From: Chloroflexota bacterium
GTDB taxonomy: Bacteria; Chloroflexota; UBA11872; UBA12225; JAJDUF01
Length of the DNA stretch: 64,000 nucleotides
NCBI GenBank assembly: GCA_965214295.1
Contig: OZ243944.1
Coordinates: forward strand, 821,395-885,394
Direction: 5' to 3'
The position numbers and the translations under genes are program-made. The notes below the pieces were generated by a model. It was not told where the DNA came from and did not search any database. It was given only the letters and a program-made list of their open reading frames with translations. Below are positions 30,655 to 37,811 of this stretch, in pieces (the first letter of the stretch is position 1; every line of letters starts with the position of its first letter).

Positions 30655-31833
30655 CTAGCCCAAGAACCGCTCCAGCCGCTCCAAGGCCGCGCTCAACACG
30701 TCCCTGCTGGTGGCATAGCTGAGACGTAAGTTGCCCTCACCGTAGAAGTCGGCACCCGGCACGGTAACGATATGCGCCTCGGTGAGCAGTCGGTCCGCAA
30801 AGTCCAGCGATGAAGACTCCCCGGCCGGCAGGCTCGGATAGGCATAGAAGGCGCCCTCCGGCCAGGCGCATTCGACCCCAATCCGGTGCAGGCCGTTGAT
30901 GAAATACTCGCGGCGCTTGGCAAACTCGCCGACCATTTCCTGCACGCAGTCCTGCGGACCGGTCAGGGCCTCGACGGCCGCCCATTGTGAGACGGAGGCC
31001 GTCTGCGTGGTGCTCTGCCCCATCAGCGCGGTCATCGCGCCGATGACCTCGGCTGGGCCGGCAGCATATCCCACCCGCCACCCGGTCATCGCATACGTCT
31101 TGCTAACCGTATTGACCTCGATGGTCCACCGCTTCACTTCCTCATCGAGCGCTGCCGGCACCACATGGGTCGCATCGCCATACAGGAAATGCTCGTAGGT
31201 TTGGTCGCCGATCAGGTAGATACCCCGCTCGACCGCCAGTTCGGCCACGGCCCGCACCTCGGCCGGGTCCATGACGACCCCGGTCGGGTTATTCGGGCTA
31301 TTCAGGAAGATCGCGCGCGTGCGGGCAGTGATGTGCGGCTCCAGGTCGGCCCGGCGGACCCGGTGATCGCCGCCTAGCTCGACCAGCACCGGCTTGCCCT
31401 CCGCGAGCTTGACCTGCTCCACGAACGTCTGCCAGACCGGGATCGGCACCAGCACCTCGTCTCCGGGGTCGCAGATCGCCATGCAGATGTTGTAGAGCAC
31501 TTGCTTGGCCCCGACGGCGACCATCACCTCGGCAGGCTGATAGTCCAGACCGTTCTCCCGCCGGAACTTCTCGCAGATCGCCTCCCGCAGCTCCGGGATA
31601 CCACTGGCCGGCGTGTACTTGGTCTTGCCGTCACGGATGGCGCGGCGCGCGGCCTCCTTGAGGTGCTCCGGTGTATCGAAGTCCGGCTCGCCCAACGTCA
31701 GGTTGAGGACCTTGTGTCCCTGCTGCTGGATAGCGGCCGCCTTGGCCGCCATCGCCATCGTCGGCGAAGGTGCCATGGTCCGAATGCGTTGCGCGACGTG
31801 CGGCATGGAGGTAGTCGGTGCTGCTGTGGACAT
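30655..31833 (-). CDS. pyridoxal-phosphate-dependent aminotransferase, class I (aspartate aminotransferase-like)
   Basis: VAQRIRTMAPSPTMAMAAKA...LNLTLGEPDFDTP and SKTYAMTGWRVGY (PLP lysine). Start taken at ATG 31833. Confidence 0.88.
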   Translation of the reverse strand: MSTAAPTTSMPHVAQRIRTMAPSPTMAMAAKAAAIQQQGHKVLNLTLGEPDFDTPEHLKEAARRAIRDGKTKYTPASGIPELREAICEKFRRENGLDYQPAEVMVAVGAKQVLYNICMAICDPGDEVLVPIPVWQTFVEQVKLAEGKPVLVELGGDHRVRRADLEPHITARTRAIFLNSPNNPTGVVMDPAEVRAVAELAVERGIYLIGDQTYEHFLYGDATHVVPAALDEEVKRWTIEVNTVSKTYAMTGWRVGYAAGPAEVIGAMTALMGQSTTQTASVSQWAAVEALTGPQDCVQEMVGEFAKRREYFINGLHRIGVECAWPEGAFYAYPSLPAGESSSLDFADRLLTEAHIVTVPGADFYGEGNLRLSYATSRDVLSAALERLERFLG

Positions 31834-31873
31834 TGATCGAGATCCTTTCGATATGAGGTAGTAGATCTGACCG

Positions 31874-31927
31874 CCAGGTCTACACAATCCAATTGGATTA
31901 TAGGCGGTGTAGACCTGGCGCGTCATT
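31874..31927. terminator. inverted-repeat hairpin ccaggtctacac-N20-gtgtagacctgg followed by cgcgtcatt; second copy at 55457-55510
   Basis: 12-bp perfect stem. Both copies lie just downstream of a minus-strand stop codon, and in the second copy the element overlaps the taa stop of the polyprenyl synthase. Confidence 0.45.
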
Positions 31928-32015
31928 GGCCGAAGCCAATCGGCAGGAGTCTACCCACGCGCCCCGGCGAGCGTCAACGCCGTGCGCGCCGCCATAAGCG
32001 GCGGATTGTGCGCGT

Positions 32016-32882
32016 CTAGCGGCCAGGTGCCGCGTGCGCTTGGATCGCCTCGCCATCCAAGGCAAACTCACCGGTCCCATCCTCCCCGGCGTCCAAGCAT
32101 TGCTGACGCACGGGACACCAGCCCCGGCAGATGGGATGGGAATGTGGGTCCCACGCGCGCGGCGGGAGCGCCTCCCCCTCTAGGGCCTGCAGGATAGCTG
32201 CGCCACGCTCCGTTACGAAGCGTCCCACCTGTTCCAGAGGCAAGAGCGGCACGCGCCGCTTATACACTTCGTTGGGCGCCAGGTAGACGATCCCGAGCTG
32301 CTGAATATCGTAGGCGACCCGCTCCCCGGTCACGATGTCCTGACCGTCCTGCACGATCCACCGATACAAATTGAGCTGCCAGATGTGCTCCTCGCGGACT
32401 TTTCTCGGTAGCGTCTTGACGGTCTTGTAGTCCACGATGAGTCGGCGGTGCAGATCAATCTCATCCGGCTGACCGGTCAGCACGACCTCCGGTGCAGCGC
32501 TCCGCCGAAAGCGCCGCTCGGCGATGATCTCCTCATCATCCCCCTGCTGCGCTTCGATGCCGGCGTGCATCAGCGCACCGCGCAGCCGGGGATAAAGCTG
32601 GTGAGGATACGCCGTATAGTCAACCAGCAGTTCCAGCGCGGTCTGGCGCGTGCAGCCGGTCAGCCCCGTAGCGGACAGCACTACGCCTTCGCGGCCGTTA
32701 TCGCTCTGAGCGAGCGCACGCAGCAGTGGATAGGTGAACTGGCACCGGCGGCCACGCGGCGGTGAGACGGCGCGGGAACAGCGCAGGCACTCCCCGAACT
32801 CGACCGGATTGTGCTCTACTTCGCAGCGAAATCGCGCTAACGGCACCCTGTCGCTTTCCTTGCCCCGCCGGCAAGCCGCCAC
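32016..32882 (-). CDS. PD-(D/E)XK nuclease family protein, Cas4/DUF83-like with C-terminal Cys cluster
   Basis: DYKT core motif and C-terminal CRGWCPVRQQC plus N-terminal Cys residues, as in Cas4/AddB-type Fe-S nucleases. There is no cas or CRISPR nearby. Confidence 0.6.
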   Translation of the reverse strand: MAACRRGKESDRVPLARFRCEVEHNPVEFGECLRCSRAVSPPRGRRCQFTYPLLRALAQSDNGREGVVLSATGLTGCTRQTALELLVDYTAYPHQLYPRLRGALMHAGIEAQQGDDEEIIAERRFRRSAAPEVVLTGQPDEIDLHRRLIVDYKTVKTLPRKVREEHIWQLNLYRWIVQDGQDIVTGERVAYDIQQLGIVYLAPNEVYKRRVPLLPLEQVGRFVTERGAAILQALEGEALPPRAWDPHSHPICRGWCPVRQQCLDAGEDGTGEFALDGEAIQAHAAPGR

Positions 32883-33133
32883 GCCGCGGCGCGGCGGCGA
32901 CCGGCAGCCGACCCCCGTCCCATCTACTCAACCATGCAGGAGTACTCACGGTTTCGCCGCCCCGCCGTCGGCAAGCATAGCACGGCCCTGTAGCTGTAAC
33001 GCACCCAGCGCTGGGTACCGAACCTGGGCGGACTCTCATGGTCACGTTTGACGGCTGACTCGAAAGCAGGCTAAGATGTAGGCAAGGTCGCCTCCGGGTG
33101 AATACCAGGGAAGGTAGCACAGGGGGAACGCAC

Positions 33134-33685
33134 ATGAGTGAAGCCGGCAGCACCACACAGACGGGTGGATTCTTCGGTAAGTTGCTTGCGCCGTTTCGCG
33201 AGTTCCGGGAGCGCGAGCGGCAGCGCCAAAACCGGGAGCAAGCCGAAATCCGCCGCCGCCTCGACGCATACGTCCGCGAAGTTGAGGAAGACTACGCCAA
33301 CGGGCAACACATCGAACCCAAGTCCTATAAGGAGCTAACCGCCGGTGAAGTGCGTCAAGGGACGACGCCATCCTACGAGCACGTCCAGAGCACCGGCACG
33401 ATCCGGCTCCATATGCTCCTGCCACCGGAACAGATGGACCGTGCCCAGCTCGTCCAAGCGCTGGCTCGCCCGATGGATGAAGAGCTGCCCGACCTCTTCG
33501 ACGTCAAGCCGCACGAGGGCCGCTCCAAGGAGCACGGCTACGTCATCATCGGTCCGGCCGAGCAGTTCTTGCACACCCGCGGCGAGAACTGGCGTCTCTA
33601 CGTCGAGCTAACCTACAGCATGGCCTCCCACGGCGGTCGTGCGACGATCAACCGCCGGTTCTACGTGCTCGACATTGTGCTGTAG
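33134..33685 (+). CDS. hypothetical protein
   Basis: 184-aa ORF with a charged coiled-coil-like N-terminus; no recognisable domain. Confidence 0.4.
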   Translation: MSEAGSTTQTGGFFGKLLAPFREFRERERQRQNREQAEIRRRLDAYVREVEEDYANGQHIEPKSYKELTAGEVRQGTTPSYEHVQSTGTIRLHMLLPPEQMDRAQLVQALARPMDEELPDLFDVKPHEGRSKEHGYVIIGPAEQFLHTRGENWRLYVELTYSMASHGGRATINRRFYVLDIVL

Positions 33686-33706
33686 GCGCTATCGAAGGTC
33701 CGCCGG

Positions 33707-35203
33707 TTGCCGCTGATGTCTACCGGGCACGATTTGCTCACGCTTCCCCTCGCCGCAACGGCCCAGCTACTCGCCCGCCGGCAAGTCTCGCCCGTGGAAT
33801 TGGTCGCGGCAGCACTCGACCGCAGTGCCGCCGTGCAGCCGCACCTCAACTGCTACCTCGACCTCTACGCCGACCAAGCGCTGGCAGCGGCCCGCCGCGC
33901 CGAAGCGGCGTTCGCGGCCGGCCAGGTACTCGGCTCTCTCCACGGCATCCCCTACGCGCCCAAGGACATCTTCACCGAGCCGGGTGTCCGCTGCACGGCC
34001 GGCTCGCGTATTCTGGCCGATTGGATTCCCAGGCGTGAAGCGACGGTATTGGCTCGCCTGCGCGCCGCCGGCGCCATCAGGATCGGCCGGACAAATCTGC
34101 ACGAATTCGCCTACGGAATCACCAACGTCAATCCGCACTATGGCCCCGTCCGCAATCCCTGGCAGCGCGACCATGTGACCGGCGGCTCCAGCGGCGGCTC
34201 GGCCGCGGCGGTGGCCGCCGGCGCAGCCGGATTTTCGCTGGGTACTGACACCGGCGGATCGGTACGCCTGCCCGCCGCCCTCTGCGGGATCGTGGGCCTG
34301 AAGCCGACGTATGGCCGTGTCTCGCGGACCGGGCTGCTGCCTCTAGCGTGGTCGCTGGACCACGTCGGGCCGATGACCCGCACCGTCGCCGATGCCGCCC
34401 TGGTGCTGGCGGCCATCGCCGGCCACGACCCCTCCGACGCCACCTCATCACGGACGCCCGTACCGGCCTACGCCGCCGGGCTGGAGGGCAGCCAGACGCG
34501 CCGGACGCGCACCACACCTGGCACCGTCCGTGCGCGTTTGGCGCGTCACCTGAGCGGGCTACGACTAGGCGTGCCCCAGGAAGACGGTTGGGGCGAGGTA
34601 GACCCGGAAATCCGCGACCTGGTCCAAGCGGCCGTCTCCACGCTGCGTAGCCTCGGGCCGAGCGTCGAGCCGGTGTCACTGCCGGCGCTCGATGACTTCG
34701 GCCCCGCCTTCGACCCGATCATTCGCTCCGAAGCCACCACCGTTCACCTCAAATGGCTGCGCTCGCGCCCCGACGAATACGGAAACGACGTGCGCGAGCG
34801 CCTGGAGCTTGGCTTGGCGCTCCCCGCGACGGCCTACCTCACCGCCCAGCGTGTCCGCACGGTCATCAGTGAGCGGATGCGTGCCGTGTGGGAGCAGGTA
34901 GACCTCCTCGCACTCCCTGCCATTCCGGTGCCGGCCCCCAGAATTGACGAGGGCCTGGTGAGCGTACAGCCGGGGACGCCGCCCACGGACGTGCGGCGCG
35001 TCCTCACCCGCCTCACCAACCCCTTCAACTTGCTCGGCCTCCCGGCGATCTCGGTGCCCTGCGGCCTCACCAGCCACGGCTTACCCGCCGGCCTCCAGCT
35101 TGTCGGGCCACCCTTCACCGAGCAGCGTCTCCTCCGAGCCGCCCACGCCTACGAACAAGCCACCGCCGACACACCGGACCGGCACCCCCCGCTGCCGTCC
35201 TAG
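33707..35203 (+). CDS. amidase (amidase-signature family, GatA-like)
   Basis: GIPYAPKDIF, GGSSGGSAAAVAAG signature. It contains a degenerate copy of the palindromic element at 34504-34547, encoding RTRTTPGTVRARLARH. Confidence 0.88.
   Translation: MPLMSTGHDLLTLPLAATAQLLARRQVSPVELVAAALDRSAAVQPHLNCYLDLYADQALAAARRAEAAFAAGQVLGSLHGIPYAPKDIFTEPGVRCTAGSRILADWIPRREATVLARLRAAGAIRIGRTNLHEFAYGITNVNPHYGPVRNPWQRDHVTGGSSGGSAAAVAAGAAGFSLGTDTGGSVRLPAALCGIVGLKPTYGRVSRTGLLPLAWSLDHVGPMTRTVADAALVLAAIAGHDPSDATSSRTPVPAYAAGLEGSQTRRTRTTPGTVRARLARHLSGLRLGVPQEDGWGEVDPEIRDLVQAAVSTLRSLGPSVEPVSLPALDDFGPAFDPIIRSEATTVHLKWLRSRPDEYGNDVRERLELGLALPATAYLTAQRVRTVISERMRAVWEQVDLLALPAIPVPAPRIDEGLVSVQPGTPPTDVRRVLTRLTNPFNLLGLPAISVPCGLTSHGLPAGLQLVGPPFTEQRLLRAAHAYEQATADTPDRHPPLPS
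34504..34547. repeat. degenerate copy of the in-gene palindromic element, inside the amidase CDS
   Basis: gacgcgc-accacacctggcaccgtcc-gtgcgcgtttggcgcgtc; it shares the core cacacctggcacc. Confidence 0.6.
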
Positions 35204-35296
35204 GGGGTGCATACCTTATACTGACAATAGCGGTCTGAGAACGGATCGTCGCGCTGAACAGCGTGCCCAACAGCCCAGAATTGAGCAGGGGGAAAC

Positions 35297-35893
35297 ATGA
35301 ACCAAGAAGAGGATCCCAGTCCACTGCGGCTTACTCAGGGCACCAGGCGTGTCTACACCTTCAAGGACCTGTCGAATGCTTGTTTTTGTTCCCTAGAGCT
35401 GGCAAGAGAAAGTGAGAAGGGAAGATTCTATAACTGCATGTTCAGCATGATTGGTGCAGCATTTGCCGTAGAAGCCTACCTCAACCATCTCGGACAGTAT
35501 AAGTTTGGCCAGAAGGAATGGGGGAAAATAGAACGAAAGATGAGGCCAGAATCCAAACTACGAGTGTTGGCCAAGCTGATCAACCACAATCTCGACTTCA
35601 GCAGGCGGCCGTGTCAGACGTTTACCGATATGTTCAGGTACCGAAATGCAATTGCCCATGCCAGGACTGAAACCCTTACCTTTGAGGAACAGACATACGA
35701 TCCTGGGGAAAGCCCAGCTGAACCCGAGACCAAGTGGGAACAAGCGACAAAGCTGGAAACGGCAGAACGCTTCTACAGAGACGCCCGGGAGTTGGTACGG
35801 CAACTGCATGAAGCGGCTGGACTGCCTGAACACCAACTCTGGTCCTCAGGAATGAGCGAATGGAGTGGATCGCCCGTATCAGAACACGAGTAG
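35297..35893 (+). CDS. HEPN-like (DUF4145/Abi-like) protein on a low-GC island
   Basis: GC about 50% against 68% background; all-alpha prediction; MFRYRNAIAHARTE fits the HEPN Rx4-6H motif (R-N-x-x-A-H). Confidence 0.4.
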   Translation: MNQEEDPSPLRLTQGTRRVYTFKDLSNACFCSLELARESEKGRFYNCMFSMIGAAFAVEAYLNHLGQYKFGQKEWGKIERKMRPESKLRVLAKLINHNLDFSRRPCQTFTDMFRYRNAIAHARTETLTFEEQTYDPGESPAEPETKWEQATKLETAERFYRDARELVRQLHEAAGLPEHQLWSSGMSEWSGSPVSEHE

Positions 35894-36082
35894 AGCACGA
35901 AATCACCACCCCACCGCTGGACTCCAGCTTGCGCCGCAATGACAGGCGGCCCCACGCGCCTCACCTTTCCAGCCCCCTCCCCCGCTGCGGCGCGGGGACA
36001 AAGCTACGGCATGCTGCGCTCAGGGTGCTCGCGGCCATCTGGAGCGCACGACCTTGATGTATGGTAACGCATAGGGTACCAT

Positions 36083-36418
36083 GTGTCTATGATCACTATC
36101 CGGGAGTACATTGATGACCAAGGCCGTAGTCCATTCGCTCGCTGGTTCAACCGGCTCAACGCCCCGGCTGCGGCCAAAGTGGCCGTCGCTCTCGCCCGGA
36201 TAGAGACCGGGAACCTGTCCAACGTCAAGAGCGTGGGCCGTGGCGTGTTGGAGTACCGCATTCATTTTGGCCCTGGCTACCGGGTCTACTTTGGCCGGAT
36301 CGGCGACACCCTCATCATCCTGCTGGGCGGTGGGACCAAGAAGCGGCAACAGCAGGATATCGCCAGGGCACAGACCCTTTGGCAGCAGCACCAACGGCGT
36401 AGGCGAGAGGAGACATAG
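36083..36418 (+). CDS. addiction-module killer protein (HigB/RelE-ParE superfamily, Gp49-like)
   Basis: IREYIDDQGRSPFARWFNRLNAPAAAKVAVALARIETGNLSNVKSVGRGVLEYRIHFGPGYRVYF matches the TIGR02683-type toxin family. Confidence 0.75.
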   Translation: MSMITIREYIDDQGRSPFARWFNRLNAPAAAKVAVALARIETGNLSNVKSVGRGVLEYRIHFGPGYRVYFGRIGDTLIILLGGGTKKRQQQDIARAQTLWQQHQRRRREET

Positions 36419-36419
36419 A

Positions 36420-36809
36420 GTGATGGCCCTCACACGTGATTTCAAGGAATCCATCCAAGCTCGCGTCCAGCGTGACCCCGACTTCCGAGCGCACCTGCTG
36501 CAAGAAGGCATGGAGTGCCTGCTTGCCGGTGACCTGGCTACCGGCAAGGCCGTGCTGCGGGACTACATCAACGCCGCTATCGGGTTTAGCGAGTTGGGTA
36601 GCCTGACCGATAAATCACCCAAGAGCCTCATGCGTATGTTCGGTCCTCACGGCAACCCCCAAGCCGGCAACCTGTTCGAGGTCATCAACCGTATCCGGCA
36701 GCACGAAGGGGTGCAGTTTGAGGTGCGGGCAATCAAGTCCGGCTCACAGCGGCCACGCCCCGAACCGGCCAACGCGGCACCCGCAACCCGGACCGCCAGC
36801 CCCACTTAA
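36420..36809 (+). CDS. addiction-module antidote protein (HigA-family HTH antitoxin)
   Basis: It starts 2 nt after the toxin stop; the HTH segment SLTDKSPKSLMRMFGPHGNPQAGNLFEVINRI matches the TIGR02684-type antidote family. Confidence 0.7.
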   Translation: MMALTRDFKESIQARVQRDPDFRAHLLQEGMECLLAGDLATGKAVLRDYINAAIGFSELGSLTDKSPKSLMRMFGPHGNPQAGNLFEVINRIRQHEGVQFEVRAIKSGSQRPRPEPANAAPATRTASPT

Positions 36810-36949
36810 AGGCCGAGGCGGTCGTAGTATCCGTCGGCCCTCAGCCTGAAACGATGGCTGGAGTCGACCACGGGCCGAAAGCTGACAGCTGATCACGGTC
36901 CGCCCCCTACACGGTGCTCTCTGTGGGTAAAAAGAGCGAGCCGTCGCGC

Positions 36950-37165
36950 CTAGACCCGCTCGATGGCCGAGGCCGGGAGCCACGTCTCCCGGTCGTCGCG
37001 CAGGCGCACCAAATACCAACCGGGGCGCTCCTCGACGATAGAAAGCTCCACGCCGGCGTGCAGGGGTGCGCGGAAGCTCGGCTCATAGCCCACCGGGTCC
37101 GGCCCCTTGCGACCCACCACCTGCTCGGCCACGATGACCCCCTCGTTCGCACGTCGGCTCCCCAC
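36950..37165 (-). CDS. BatE-like C-terminal SH3b domain fragment (separated from the TPR part by an in-frame TGA)
   Basis: GWYLVRLRDDRETWLPASAIERV SH3b motif; same frame as 37187-37777, with a TGA between them. Confidence 0.5.
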   Translation of the reverse strand: MGSRRANEGVIVAEQVVGRKGPDPVGYEPSFRAPLHAGVELSIVEERPGWYLVRLRDDRETWLPASAIERV

Positions 37166-37186
37166 CTCGTCTACGACCAGCGATCC

Positions 37187-37777
37187 TCAGCACAGCGCAG
37201 CGACCACGGCGAGCATCGCCACGGGCAGACGTAGCGAGAACCGCGCTAGGTTGAAGAGCTTCAGCGCGGCCAGTAGCCAGATCAGATCGAACGCCAGCAC
37301 CAAGACGGCCAGCCGGGGCAGCACGGGCAAGCCGGTGTGCCAAGCCAGGACCGTGTCCAGCACCCGGCGCTGGGGCGGCACGGGGATGCTGTCGCGCACC
37401 TGACTGCGTGCAAAGGTGAGGTTGCCTTGCAGGTTTCGGTCCTCCGGCGTCAGGCGCTCGGCGCGACGGTAGTTCAGAATAGCTCTCCCCACGTCGCCCT
37501 TGAGCAGGTAGGTGTTCGCCAGATTGTAGAAGAGCTTGCTATTGCGGACATTGCCCGCGCTGATGATCTTCTCGAACCGGACAATACTCTCCTGATAGAG
37601 CAGCTTGGCGGCTGCCGGGTCCTCCGGCGCCACCCGCGTCGCTTGCCGGAACTTCTCGCTCGCCTGCTCCAACAGACCTCGCAGCGCCTCGGTCCCCAGC
37701 GTCGGCTCGGCAGCGAGGCCGGTGGCCGGCAGCAGCACGATCACAACCGCGATGAGCACTACCTTTAGCCGCTGCAT
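37187..37777 (-). CDS. BatE-like TPR-repeat protein with signal peptide and C-terminal TM helix
   Basis: Signal peptide, TPR helices (LFYNLANTYLLKGDVGRAILNYRRAERL), C-terminal hydrophobic helix; last gene of the Bat operon. Confidence 0.6.
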   Translation of the reverse strand: MQRLKVVLIAVVIVLLPATGLAAEPTLGTEALRGLLEQASEKFRQATRVAPEDPAAAKLLYQESIVRFEKIISAGNVRNSKLFYNLANTYLLKGDVGRAILNYRRAERLTPEDRNLQGNLTFARSQVRDSIPVPPQRRVLDTVLAWHTGLPVLPRLAVLVLAFDLIWLLAALKLFNLARFSLRLPVAMLAVVAALC

Positions 37778-37811
37778 GGTTCGTACTCCCCCCGCGTGGC
37801 CAGTGACCGGT

